Origin: Enoplolaimus lenunculus
Taxonomy: Eukaryota
Length of the DNA stretch: 64,000 bases
Direction of reading: 5' to 3'
Assembly: GCA_030248215.1 (NCBI GenBank)
Contig: JASANG010001649.1
Span: 1 to 64,000 of the forward strand
A program made the translations under genes and the position numbers. The notes under the pieces were generated by a model. It made no database searches, was not told the DNA's origin, and saw only the letters and a list, made by a program, of their open reading frames with translations. Shown piece after piece: positions 52,501 through 63,953 of this stretch (position 1 is its first letter; every line of letters starts with the position of its first letter).

Positions 52501-54630
52501 GTGAACAACCATGCCAGCTCAGTAATTTATTGCAGCCGCTTTCTCATTGGTTGATGAAAAAATGCAAGTTCTGCGTGCAATTTGCAGCTGCAAGTTCTCG
52601 CAGCAAAAACTTGCAGCTGTAAGTTCTCGGAGCAAAAACTTGCAGCTGTAAGTTCTCGCAGCAAAAACTTGCCCGTGTGAATAGGGCTTAAATTATATTT
52701 TTGTTGTCGTTTTCTTCGAGTCAAAATCTTCTCTAGCCTTGACCGCAACGTTGCCAACGTAGAATTAGCATTATTTTAGTCTTGGAAATTATATTTGGGG
52801 GGCTCCAAGGGATTTCGGGGGCCACCTACAATTGCAATTCAAGATTATTTACTTTTTGACCGAGTATTTGGGGGGTACCAGTCAAATTTGGATGGGGACA
52901 TATCCCTTAATGCCCCCCGCGAAAGCGCCCTTGCATGTTAGACAACACAACGTGTTTCTTAAAATCTACTATACCAACATTTTGAAATGTGATGTAGTTG
53001 TAATGATTTGTCTTAAATTTTTAATACCACCACCGATTCGATGTACTTTCTGTGTTTAGCTTTGAAAGACAACCATGCCCTACTCGCTGTCTTTGGTTTT
53101 GAATCGGGTGAAGTTGTTGCGGCGATATTGAACTTTCACAAAAATAAAGAAGTCAAAGCGGAGTTGGTCACAATCCAATCACTAGTCAAACGATTATCTC
53201 ATGCATCAACAGTAACAGGTAAGAGTGCGTTTCTTGCTTATGGTACTTTTGTACACACCTCCCAAATGCTCCGACTTAGGCTTAGGCAGTTTTCAACTCA
53301 GTTTTGCTTTCTATTCTTCAAAGCCGCCATGTGCAGTAGTAATGCTCCTACTGTAGAAAAAGACAATTCGGTGAAAGTGTAAGGTATGTTTCGAAGTAAA
53401 ACATTAATATTTAGTAGAGTTGTAACATTTAAAAATAAATACCCGGACCCGGATTTTTAGAAGAAAAACCCGGACCCGGAATTTTTTTCGTAACATAATA
53501 ACTGAACATGATCGAATTTTTTAAAGATCTGTCTCCATCTGATGCAACCCTAATTCAAATTTGTTTTAGCGGTGGCATTCTGTAGCGAATCTGGTTTTGT
53601 TTCCCTTGGAGTTGATCAAAAGATCGTTTTATGGCAGTATTCTGTAGGCTGTAATGACACAGTCGTCCTAAGCGTTGTGAACAGGTTCTACACAAATGTT
53701 GCCGATCCTGCTGGATTGCAGATAGTTGCAAAGTAAGAGTAGCAACAGACACTTTTACAAGCTTTAGAGTTACTGTTGGATTTTAGAGGTTGCAAAAAAA
53801 TTTTTGCTCGCACACTAGTTCGCAATTAACATTTATATGTGAAGTTGTACTCTCCCAAGATGCAATTGTGGCTGCGCCCCTGGGAATTGAAAACTCAACA
53901 GCCCGATTTCTTACAATTGTAACCTTTTCATGAGCGTATACAAGTGAGTATACCTGTGATATATAATCTTCCGAAGATTATGTAAAGATATGAAAAAAGT
54001 GCATTTGCCATCGTTATAATAAACTTGTCAAAACGCTTCCGATTGCTAAATACGCGTGCAATATTTGCATTTGTTGAAAATAGACTGGGTTTAACCGAAT
54101 ATATAAGTTTTCGTTTTCGTTATAGAAATACCGAAAATTCCGTTATTTTTAAGTTCAAAATTATTTGTAAAATCGGACATATATGTTCTCGCAATTTTTG
54201 ATTGCTGATAAACTGTAATTGTTCCAAATGAAAGAAAAATTACAAAATTCATCCAAAATTTTAAAATACATTTTTTTAAATTTTAGAGAGCTCGGTGAAT
54301 ATTTGCACGTCTCTATTGTGTTGGCAGAAAAAACATCTTTGAAACTTTTATACTCCAATATCCGTTTTCCGTTTCCATTATTTCGATCACTGTCCGTTTC
54401 TGTTGTTTTTACTATTCGTTTACACCCTTTAATTATATAGACCATGCTGAAATGAAATAACAGCTACGCTCCTGCGTTTGTTACTCGTATAAGATAGAAG
54501 TCTGAGTTTCATCGTGCTTTTTTGTAATTTTAGTACAGACAAAGGTAAAGCGGAAGCTCTCGCGGACGGCAGCTCTTACCATCTGATTGTTTGTGGCACT
54601 GGAATAGAAGTTGTTGCTATTGATCTTTGA
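12324..54630 (+). CDS. WDR6: WD repeat-containing protein 6 (WDR6/Trm734-like, tRNA 2'-O-methylation cofactor); 26 coding exons, ~1161 aa
   Basis: Hand-spliced GT-AG exons with consistent phases: 12324-12387, 12812-12919, 13724-13790, 19739-19820, 20591-20697, 38345-38474, 39817-40086, 40741-40803, 41379-41426, 41671-41766, 41972-42058, 42288-42352, 43615-43778, 44456-44562, 45251-45487, 45885-46058, 46311-46397, 47591-47776, 48202-48265, 49023-49085, 49576-49882, 50542-50794, 51890-52127, 53060-53218, 53570-53732, 54534-54630 (3486 nt). WDR6-like motifs appear in order: LPVKTL..LLYGQG, DIHGI, LVYGGR, ADWI, TAHN, CILYSS, GTVF.EI..W, GHQGVIF, STSDDRSVRLW, GHEARVW, SVGED, FILP..KQRW, GDRNG, IHG..GVT, GRD, ECGGGQRSWD, SEDTT, HISSV, GGGR, RYMDL, SHASTVT, GVDQKI, VADP, CGTGIE. 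The start ATG at 12324 is the least certain part. Confidence 0.92.
13385..13535. repeat. (TAA)n microsatellite, interrupted
   Basis: About 150 bp of TAA repeats with TAG/CG interruptions, in WDR6 intron 2. Confidence 0.95.
13548..13711 (+). mobile_element. MITE family D with telomere-like TTAGGC repeats (ends GGCCCATGTAAA / TATACATTGGC)
   Basis: Imperfect TIRs and a core GAGTAAGCTTAAGCTTT...TTAGGCTTAGGTAT.AGCTCAT.CTTAC.CTTAGG. Other copies at ~12680-12773, 19494-19672, 24124-24350, 32690-32791, 38700-38865, 50200-50381, 56960-57100 and 62100-62230. Confidence 0.7.
14711..15132. mobile_element. MITE family A (TA TSD; TIR CTGTAGTGACCCGAATAAG), Tc1/mariner-type
   Basis: TA|CTGTAGTGACC...TTATTCGGGTCACTACAG|TA. 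Six near-full copies in the window. Confidence 0.85.
15283..17960 (-). CDS. Predicted N-myristoylated globin with a large CD-E insertion; 3 exons, 309 aa; nested antisense in WDR6 intron 3
   Basis: Exons 17960-17570 (CAG|GTATGT, phase 1), 16456-15981 (TTTCAAG| ... CAG|GTTAGT, phase 0) and 15345-15283 (TTATAG|EIKRQRANS...TE*). N-terminus MGNAES. Globin landmarks: helix A LT..QI..V..LW, C2 Pro and CD1 Phe (APEVQTIF), E7 His (ELKLHASRF), F8 His (LGAKH), helix G (FSPKLWDIFAESM), helix H (AWSLII.YII.TMKDGY). Exon 3 is less certain than exons 1-2. Confidence 0.88.
15370..15562. mobile_element. MITE family B copy carrying a 20-bp x ~6 minisatellite, in globin intron 2
   Basis: TTA|GGGTGGCGATATACT...AGTATAGGGCCCC|TTA. 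(CCGAACGTCATCAAAAGTCG)n at 15435-15552. Confidence 0.75.
19915..20162. mobile_element. MITE family B (PIF/Harbinger-type; TIR GGGTTGCGCTATAC, TAA/TTA TSD)
   Basis: TAA|GGGTTGCGCTATACT...AGTATAGCGCAACCC|TAA with internal GCCGTCCGTCAC repeats in both orientations. Confidence 0.8.
20311..20381 (+). pseudogene. tRNA-like sequence (pseudo-tRNA or SINE head)
   Basis: GACCAC...GTGGTC acceptor-like stem, A box TGGTGTAGTGGTAGC, B box GGTTCGATTCC. The anticodon loop is non-canonical (GAGTCGA) and the T stem is mismatched. Confidence 0.55.
21062..21508. mobile_element. MITE family A copy
   Basis: Terminal inverted repeats, TA flanks and internal homology to 14711-15132. Confidence 0.85.
22649..23038. 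mobile_element. MITE family A copy (opposite orientation to 21062-21508)
   Basis: TA|CTGTAGTGACCCGAATAAG...GTCACTACAG|TA. Confidence 0.85.
35258..35782. repeat. Tandem array, 105-bp unit x5, GC-rich
   Basis: TTTTGCTGTGTTCCGGTGGGCGG...GAAAACCTGTCGCTAACGG recurs every 105 bp; units are nearly identical. Confidence 0.97.
35831..37790. repeat. Satellite array, 49-bp unit x ~40, AT-rich
   Basis: Unit TGATGCATA(T/G)TTAAATTGCAAGCGATGT(A/G)TTCTGATACATGCATAAATA. Confidence 0.98.
37996..38159. mobile_element. MITE family B copy
   Basis: GGGTGGCGCTATA...GTATAGCGCCACCC|TAA. Confidence 0.75.
40222..40590. repeat. Dispersed repeat family E (GAGGTGTAAGTAGGTAA / TTTACCCGC-rich)
   Basis: Homologous to ~18748-18870, 23105-23535 and 44750-44995. 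Confidence 0.6.
46408..46568. mobile_element. MITE family B copy, 10 nt downstream of the WDR6 exon 17 donor
   Basis: TTA|GGGTAACGCTATACT...GTACCGCAACCC|TTA. A degenerate copy also lies at ~47815-48012. Confidence 0.75.
48427..48847. mobile_element. MITE family A copy
   Basis: TA|CTGTAGTGACCCGAAT...TTATTCGGGTCACTACAG|TA. Confidence 0.85.
51110..51556. mobile_element. MITE family A copy
   Basis: TA|CTGTATTGACCCGAATAAGAG...CTCTTATTCGGGTCACTACAG|TA. Confidence 0.85.
52363..52687. mobile_element. MITE family C (TIR CCCTATTCACACG.GCAAGTTTTTG), Harbinger-like
   Basis: ~27-bp TIRs and internal 30-bp repeats (AAGTTCTCG.AGCAAAAACTTGCAGCTG). A related partial copy lies at ~7811-8030. Confidence 0.75.
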
Positions 54631-54950
54631 CACATTTCAGATTTGGCAGCTCTTAATTTTAAATACATACTTTATATCAGGGTGTAAACGTATAGTAAAA
54701 ATAACGGACATGGATAGTGATCAAAATATCGGAAACGGAAACGAAAAACAGGTATTGAATATAAACTTTTAAAGATGTTTTATTTTGCTACGAACACAAT
54801 TAAGGAAGGCAAATAATGTTCAACAAACTTTCCACAATTTTAAAGAAAAACAGCGGATGCACTGACATTTGAAAATTTTGGATGAATATAATAATTTTGA
54901 TTTCATATCGAACGATTAATTGCACCATATTTGTAATAAAAAATTGTGAG
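54085..54950. repeat. Two copies of repeat family F (AGGGTGTAAACG.ATAGTAAAA...GGAAACGGAAA) in inverted orientation either side of the last WDR6 exon
   Basis: ~54085-54428 (minus) and ~54679-54950 (plus). Further copies at ~61150-61526 and ~32590-32665. Confidence 0.65.
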
Positions 54951-54955
54951 ATATA

Positions 54956-55405
54956 CTGTAGTGACCCGAATAAGAGAGGAGGACTGATATTTATTTGGCC
55001 TCTCCAGAGGGTATATACCCTCCGTGTTATTCGGTTACGGACTGTTATTTATTTTCAACCCACACTCCGCCGCCCTTAGTTACTGATATATATCCGGTAC
55101 TGCAATTATCCGTTGAATTAAACGTTTATTTGTCTTGTGTTAATAGCTTGACCGATAATACAAGGTTATACTTAGGAATGTACTTTCAAAATTTAAGTAT
55201 GTTTTAAAGTTTCGAACTTAAATTATTTGGCTCTGGGGTTATTTAGGCGCTACAATTTAGGGTTAGTTGACATTTATGGACTCTAATTAGGGTTTATGGA
55301 CACTGTCCGCTTACGGACTCTTATTAGGGATGCGGACTCGTATTGATTCGGACTCAAAATGGGGACCCCCTCTTATTACCCCCTCTCTTATTCGGGTCAA
55401 TACAG
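54956..55405. mobile_element. MITE family A copy (inverted relative to 51110-51556)
   Basis: TA|CTGTAGTGACCCGAATAAGAG...CTCTTATTCGGGTCAATACAG|TA. Shares the TATTGACC TIR variant with 51110. Confidence 0.85.
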
Positions 55406-55959
55406 TACGTGTTTGAGTATAAAAATTTTAGAATTTCCGGTTTGTGAGAAGTTCGTGATTTTGCCATAAGCCTGTACCCTGTATCGCCTGTATAGTTCTT
55501 TCCTCGATGTATGCTTATCGCTCTGATTTAGTAAACGCGGCCGGTAAATATTTATTGAAAATCCCACCCCGAAACCCGTATGACTCCGAATATGCAATAT
55601 TTAATACCAGCAAATTACAGGTTATGCAATTGAACTGGCAACCCGAGCCGGAATCCTTAAAGCCGACGTCTGAATCTGGTTTAATCCAGCCACTGGCTTT
55701 ACCGTACCCAATACTTTTGCCGCTTTCCAGAATCCGTGCAATTCTAACCCCGTTAGAATTACACCCTGTAAAACCGTGTACTCTAACCCCGTTAGAGTTA
55801 CACCAAATTTCCGACCAATCTAACCCCGTTAGATTTGGCCCAGCCGTTGTAGAGTAATAAATCTAACCCCGTTAGATTTATTAAACTACTTTTCCCAGGT
55901 TCTCCGGTTTATCCCCAAGTTCCTTTTAGCACATAACACCAGTATTCTATACTGGGTAA

Positions 55960-56317
55960 ATCCTGCGCCCTGCGCAACGCCAATTAATTCCGAAACACCG
56001 TAATTTCCTTCACATCCTATGCCACCGTGACTATACTTAACCGAGTTGAATTCAACCTTACTTACCAATACTTCCGCTTCACCGCCTGAGACTGTCAAAC
56101 CAAGAAACTTATACAAATACACGCGCAATTAAATACAGTAAATTAGAGTCACCAATCTCACCAGCTTCCAAGTCAAGACTGATTCCGGTCCTGGCTACCC
56201 TTTTCGGCATCTCGACCTCATTTGCATTTCTGCCGACACCCACAATTGGGTGTCCGCGATGCGGTTGAGGTCCAGAGCCACACACCCGGTTCTGGTTCCA
56301 ACACAACAACAACAACC
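55960..56317 (+). mobile_element. Possible degraded LINE 3' fragment
   Basis: C-rich stretch containing an LHRLRL-like frame and ending in a (CAA)n tail at ~56298-56316. Confidence 0.35.
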
Positions 56318-56766
56318 TGAGACACTCATAACAATAAAGCACCATATTGGTGCTGACATAGCCTAGCTATGTCCTTAGTCGCAAAATAGGCCAAAACTAA
56401 ATGCAATATTAATCAACGAGTACTAAATGGCCACGCAGGGCCCAGGTAAGTTCAACATTGCGGACACAGCCGCCATAGCATAGATTTACCAATTTTTACG
56501 CCTTGTAGCCACGCCTAAGCCTAACTTAAGTTCTAAGAGAGACTAGGTGGAGCCAGGGACTCCCTTAAGGTGTGGTTTTGATATAGGGTTTTATTTTATA
56601 TTTTAGTTTTTAGTTTGAAATAGGTTTAGTGTGGCATAGCCACCTACACGGTTGTTCCGTAACGGAAACCGGTGCAGATTTTTACTGGAAACATATATCC
56701 GGTTACACTCCGCTTTATATGAATATTTTATTTGTTAAATTTGATTTATTTATTTATATGCATAAA

Positions 56767-59700
56767 TTATGAGTAAAACGTTTGGAATACATCGAGGCTT
56801 TGCAGGATTGAAGGATCTTGTCGGCAAGCGTTTGAAAATTCTTCCAGTGTCATTCGGCCGTCGCCATCGGCGTCCAATTTCTTAAATTATTCTTGCTTGT
56901 TAGCTTCTTTTCAGTGTTACGGTGTTTATACATGTATACCGTTACGTTACCTAACCATGTTAAAATCAAAGGTGAAACGTTTTCCAACGGGACTGCAATA
57001 GAGTAAAGCTTAAGCTTTTGACTATAATTTTGCTTAATCTTTAGGTTTAAAGTCATTCTCACGCTTAGGCATATACTTATGCTTAAGAATATGTTTATAC
57101 TACTAAACTTTATTTTACAATTCAGAAACTTAAACATAATTAGCAAAGGTTAACAATTGAAATTTTAATTACAATTCCGTACGAGTTTGTTGTAGCTAAA
57201 ACCTGTATTAGTTCAGATTCCGTTATATGCAAACACTAGGACTTGTTTTTATGCTTGAAATTTGTTATCACTAATAGTATATAACATTTCATGAAGTAAA
57301 TCGAAATCTCGAATGACTTTAGCTAAGGCAGAACTCCGGTTTACACGCTGGTTATAAAAGGGCAAAGAAAATTTGCATACCTGGAATATTTCATAAGCGT
57401 GTTGAGAACACCCACCACTTGAATATTCCGGTGCAATTAGGGCATACATTGCGTCAACAATGTTACACATATCATCTTGTGTGATGTAACCCTTACACTG
57501 TGAATCGTACAGTTGGAATATCCAGTTGATTTTGTCTTGATGAGATCCACGGGAAAGAATCGATAGCGCTTTAACGAATTCCTGAAATTTAGAAGTTTTT
57601 AAGTTGAACCCCCAATTAGAGGAGTATAGTAGGGGAGCTCAACCTTTCGCTGAACTAGCTGCCCCCAGGTGAAAGTTCACGAACGGACCCCCTCCTAAAA
57701 TGTTTTGCTCGACCCGCATTGTGTTAATCTAGCGTCGAGTCGGTTTTAATAAAGTGGTTTGTGGCATAACCAGCAAAGATTTTTATTTTAACGCATTGCG
57801 GCGTTCGAATTTTGTACCAAAATTGATATATCCGTTTTTAAGATATGAGTATACTTTCTATATAATTTTAGGAACGCTGGAATGTTTGAAGTTTTTCCCT
57901 TGAGTTTTTAATAACCATTCCCATAAAATTTTGATTTGTAGGTTTGTTTTGAAGGCGTTTGCAAAATGGACGACTCCAGTCCATAAAAGTATATGCCACA
58001 CTCAAAATAGACATATTTCAATATCATTTAACTGGCCATTTAACTTATATGAAGTGAACCTTGAACCTGTTATATAAATTATTTCTGATATCCGTTTGAA
58101 ATCCTACTTTGTTGCTCCCCGTTCATTAGCCCCCAATATTGGAATTGGCTTCCCTGGCAAATCTTTGGTTCTAAGACTAATACGTCTGGAAAACCAGCAA
58201 AATGAGTCATATATTTCCATGAAATAAAGTCTTACGCAAAGTCGACTATAAAAGCTTCTGTTAGACATAAATTCTTAGTTTTGCTCTGCATGAAGGCATT
58301 TATTCAGTGACAGAAATACTGTTGATTTTAACAATTTCAAAACTTTGCAATACCTCGAAACAGATTTCGCCATTATGATCCCGGTCGAACGTGTCAAATA
58401 CTAATGTCGCATATCTGGAGACATCTAAATAACGATATTACAATGTTAAAACAGTAAAATTTAAGATTGGTTCTGTGTGGTTAAAAATTTAAGGTTACGT
58501 TAGCTTGCACCCACGGTCAATGTTTTACAGGTTAATAAAAAATTTTCATTTCATTAATTTTTGAAACTTCTTTAAAAGGTATACAATTGTCGGAACGTTG
58601 CTATAAAGACTGAACTTCTATTTTTTATTTATAATTATTTTTGTTAAGGCCAAGGGGGTATAAAGGGGAAGAACACAGAGCATATATATCACTTTCCGAA
58701 ATTTTTGGAGAGTAAAGAAAAAAGCACTGTGAAACGGTATTTCCAATAAAAATCTGTATTGTATTAAGTCTGAAAATGTCTTTGCATTAAGTTATATACC
58801 TCCCGAAATGAAATCCTGGCTACGCTTGTATTCAAAAGGTTGGAAAAGTAGCATCTAAAACCATTCCGGTAAAATGTCGAGTTGTTAGATAATCTTTTTC
58901 TAAAAATTATTGCTGGTTGATTTCTTATCTATCCTACGCTCTTATTCTCAAATGTGTATACTACCTTTTACCAGTTAGTGATAGGGATTCAAACTCACGA
59001 ACACATGCGGTTTTAAATCTTAAATGTTACGTAGAAATAGGGTAAATCAAATCTGATAATTGTGATGAATTTCTAAGCTCTCTGTTCACAGTGATTTGAA
59101 AGTTATAAGACCTATCACCAACTGATCACAGGTGCTACACACTTTTGAGAATGCAGGCACTAGTCCTAAACATGTCAATTTACCCGAAATAATTGAAATT
59201 ATCTTTACTGCTAATTTTTGCAATAACCTTTAAAGAATTATTGCTTGGAAAGTCAAAATAAATATCAGCCCGTTCTGTTATTCGGTTACGGATTGTTGTT
59301 TATTTTTAGTTCACTCCATGATATTAGTTGGGTCAAACACTCTTCTTTATATTCTTTCTTTTGGACAGAACTGACTTGCTACGAAGCAATTTTTTGATTA
59401 CCACACCGGTTATTTTTTTCTGGATTTAATAAATTTTCTCCGGGTTGTAGGTGTCTGTTACATATATAAGCAGTCTAGGCAATTCTGTTGCTTCGGTGTC
59501 TTTAAGGGCTCTAGTTAGAATTTGCGAGCTCTGTCGCTAACGGACTGTAACCAGAAATACGTACTGCTATTGACTAGGAGTTGGGCCTCGAAATAGGAAT
59601 TACTCTTGTAATGAAAAATGCCCACTAGCGACACGTTTAAACGCGTCATTAAACTGTACAAAGAAGTCACCCCCACCACAAACCCGTTTCAGCACGTACT

Positions 59701-61008
59701 TAAAATATGTCAAAATGTCCCCGCCTTTTCCAAAATTCTAAACAGCCAGTACGATCACACAATTATGGGTCCGTAGTCACCTCAGTATGTAAGGGGTCCG
59801 TAGTTCACATGTCAGTAAGCTTTACAAAAAGTAACCTTTTTTCTAACCAAAAAACATATGATTCTTCCAGAGCAACCCCCAATTAAATATTCTGCAACCC
59901 CTAAGTAAATATTCAAAGACAACAGGAAATATACAAAGACAACCATTGACCTTACCTCGAACTTTTATATATTTCTAAAATTTCATCTAAATTTCCACTA
60001 ATATAGGTTAAATATCACAAATGCAGAAATAAAATATTTTTACACTTTTGGTTAATTGGAAAATATCGCAAAATGTGTTTTAATTTCTTTGTCTTTCGAT
60101 TTCCCGTTCGTCCTCAAAGTTGTAGCAACAAAAAGAAAATTGAATTGCGAAAATAGTTCAATTTATTACTTGTATGAGTTTAAATCAGTAATGGGAAATT
60201 GAGTGTACGTTAAAATTTTTCAAATGTTATCAATTTCCCTATACTGTTTAAAATTTCGACAGCAGTTAGAAATTGAAGAAGTTTAGAAATTCAATTTCCA
60301 TTTGCCTTTGTTTTCCAAAACAGTATTGGGAAAACTGCGTCGCCATTTTCCACATACTGTGCGCAATTATAAGTGGATGACACATTAACCCCTATCGTTC
60401 GGGTCACTACTGTATGCGAATTTAATTTTGCAACTTTTAAACCAATTGTTAGTAGAATTGCTGAAGACTAAATTTTTCACTAGACTTTAGATTATCTGAA
60501 ACGAGTTTAAATTAAATTTTTTTCAACCTTGCCTCCGCACGGAAAGAATTGAGAAAATATTTCAAGGAATTTGTCCGCAGTTACAATGCCGTTCGGACTG
60601 CCTTCTTTAAAACCTCGATAGAGCAGTTGCAGTTCTTTTCGACTAAATTTCGTATCGTTCATTAGATCATGAATACTTCCAGGTCGATGATGTCGCTTTT
60701 GCTTTTCCATTTCTGCGTCAACTTCTTTTTCTGAAACAAATATATTACAGCTGTTATTATTTTTCTGTGAAAATATTTTGACACATAAATTCTTTTGAGT
60801 ATATATAGTGAATACGGCTAAGGAACACACAATTTTTTTGTAAATTTGAGGGAGTTTAGACACTAATTTTATGTTTAGGTATAATAATATGCTAATGCTA
60901 ACTATAAATTAACTATGAAATTGAATAAATGCTTTCTTGCTTACCTGTTTGAACTATTTTTTTAAAATGCGACTTTAATATAAATACAGGCCATCCAAAC
61001 ACTTCCAT
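56767..61008 (-). CDS. Kv channel-interacting protein (KChIP/calsenilin-like) neuronal calcium sensor, ~215 aa
   Basis: Exons 61008-60945 (MEVFGW...; tentative first exon), 60730-60533 (HRPGSIHDLMNDTKFSRKELQLLYRGFKEGSPNGIV...FSQFFPCG; GC donor), 58424-58354 (DVSRYATLVFDTFDRDHNGEICFE), 57581-57381 (EFVKALSILSRGSHQDKINWIFQLYD...IFQ) and 56880-56767 (KLDADGDGRMTLEEF...DPSILQSL...*). LYRGFK plus the lack of an MG myristoylation start fit the KChIP subfamily. AATAAA on the minus strand at ~56745-56750. Confidence 0.9.
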
Positions 61009-63922
61009 CTATCTAGATGTAAAATTCAAATTTTGCAATATTGCTCGCACTTCGTTCAGATAACATTAGTTTTTTACTGCAATATCGAATGCTAGAAATG
61101 TAATATAGTTCTATGTCATATATTATATGCATATATATGTTTATATGTCAGGGAGTAACCGGATATCCGTTTCCGTTTCTGGTAAAATCGGTGTCCGTTT
61201 CCGTTTCCGTTATAGAAATGACAGAAATTCTGTTCTTTATGTTTAATATCTCGTAATTATTCGTTGCAGATATGCTGCAATTCTTTGAAACGAAATAAAA
61301 ATTATGAAGTTCGTCCAAAAACTTAAAAAAATTCGATGCATCCGCCATTTGATGTTTCGAATTTTTGAAAAACCGGTGTATATATGCAGACTTCAATTGT
61401 GGTGGCAGAAAAATAAAACATTTTTGAAACTGTTATACTTCAATATCCATTTTTCGTTTCCATTATTTTGATTACTATCCGTTTCTGTTTGCGTGCCCGA
61501 TATTTTTACTATCCGTTTACACCCTGATATATTTATATATTTATATACACGCATACTTTCGGTAATCCTAGTGACTCTCAGGGTGCAAAAGGAATTGAAA
61601 ACTACTACAACCAAAACCGATGGCCGGTAAAATTTGCCGAAACCAAAACTGCGGCTGGAGGCGAAGTAAAATCATATAGTTGATATATGGTGCGAAAATT
61701 GGTAGTTTTTAAACGATAATTCTTAAAATATTAGAGCTTTTTTGCTGTGAGTTCTTTGTGCAAATTTTTATAATTAGACATAAAAACTGCCCCGACGATA
61801 CAAAACAAAGTCGCCGAGCTTAAAACAGTAATGTTAAAAAATTATGAAAACTTTCACTACTGAAATCTACACCACAGTACACCAACACTGTAACTGACTC
61901 GAAGCCGTAATCGATTTCGCTGGACACACTCGTTTAATCCTTATGCCTCTCGTTTATCGCATTTTCAGTTGGTTTCCTATCATTAGCCAATCATTTTCAT
62001 AGGTTTTGTAACTTTTCCAAACAGAATTACTTTTCAACACTTTTAGTTCCCTTGCTAGAAAACGTTTTTATTGAAGATAAAAGCAATGTATAAAACAGAC
62101 CCGCCACAGTAAAAGCATATTCCTAAGCCTGAGCCTCAGCCTAAAGCCTAAGCGTAAGAATGAGATTTAACCTAAGTCTAAGCATGAGCAAAAAATTGAG
62201 TTAATAGCATACTGTCAGAATACGCCCGTTATGAAACCTATCTTTGAACTACAACACATTTTTTTTGCGGTTGAAAACGTTTAAGACAACAAAAACAGCC
62301 GCAAACAAGTGTAAAATGATTTCTTGCTCAAATAACATTATTTCTTTAGCAAAAACCAAATTTATCGCTACTACGTCGTAAACGTTATATATACAACGAA
62401 AAGTGTAACCCACAAAAAAGCCTTGAAATGTTGACGAATGATGGTGTTTTTGCGTTGTCACAAGACAATTTCTGCAAACCATTGTGTGCAAAATTTAATT
62501 TTCGATTGTCATTTTGATGTTTACAGGTATCATTTAAGCCTTTCTTAAAAGCAAAGAGAACTGAGAATAAGAATGATGCAGATTTTTTGTTTCACTTCCT
62601 CTCACCTGCTGAGTGATTTTAAGTATTACACCAAAAAAAATTTTACTCTTGTATACATTTCTATTTACAAATTTAAAGCGAAGCCTTGAGCTCAAGTAAG
62701 GAGTAATCCTAATCATAAGTCTAAATCTACACCCCTAAGTTATTCCAAAATTTGAAAATTTCAAAAACTATGGTGGAAAATGTACATTGTGCGGCGAATA
62801 AAACCTGCATAGCGTTTAAAATAGTATTTCAGTTCATGGTTATTTTTTTAAGATTTCACTGTTTGGGCAGTCTGAACCATATAGACGCATGTGCAAGGTC
62901 CTATCTTTTATAAAACCCAACCAAGTGAATAAGGAGTATATCTGATTGCATATAAGCTTGCCCTTAGTTTTGACGTTTGGAACGAAACAAAATAGCTTTG
63001 TGTTTTGGAGTCTATATAAATGTCAAAAATGACTTCTGTAATATATACTTGGTTGGCCGAAAATATGCGCATGCTTAAATTACCGTATATAGGTAAATGT
63101 ATTATTTTGGAAGAAAAACAACATATGGTTGACGGGTATATATATTTAAAGCCGGATTCGAAACTTTGTAGGTTTTAAGTGTTATTTTTAGGTCAAACTA
63201 TTGAAGACAAGGTTATGGAGCCAGAAGCGAATAACAGACAAAATTTTTCACACTGACACCATTGGATATGTTGGGCTAACTACCTGCGTGCAAACAACAC
63301 TAGAAATGACTCCCTAAAAACAACCAATTGCGCAGATTTGCAAACTTATTCCTTTTCTGCATAGTGTTGCACCATGATCAACTATTCAATTGCAAACTAT
63401 GCACGTGCAATAACTGCACAATATACAGCATTTAACTGATGTAACCGAATGTGAAAAATACCGGATCCGGAGGTCAAAAAAAATTCCAGAGATGAAGCCG
63501 AAGCGGACTCGAAATTAAAGTAGTTTAAACGATTTTTAATTTGCTAATTTTTGGCAAATGTACGATCAATCATTGTAAAAAATCCGACGATTCGTTCTGA
63601 AAATTGTACTGAAACGTATAGCCAAACACACTAAACGATCCTGGTTCGAAAATAGTGCAATTTGTTTTAGCGCTTAGCTACCTCAGCCCAACTTTTGTAC
63701 TGGTATAATGGTATACTTACTACACTAAACTTTCCTGGACTGAACCTCTTGAACCGTAGGGACTGCGGAGTAAAAAATTAACTGTTGAACTCTCAGAATC
63801 AGCGGTTCAACCTTTATAAGATTACATTATTTTTATTTATTTTCTAGAAAGGTCCATGTTCCGTACCTTCGCCCAATAAAATGCTACCAGCAAAAAAGTT
63901 ACATTTTTACAAGTGCACTTAC

Positions 63923-63953
63923 CTCGAGCAGGTCCTTTGCGTTTATACGGCAT
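63923..63953 (-). CDS. Candidate alternative first (or upstream) coding exon of the KChIP-like gene (MPYKRKGPAR)
   Basis: ATG at 63953 and a strong donor GAG|GTAAGT at 63923/63922. Phase 1, compatible with the acceptor at 60730. Confidence 0.4.
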
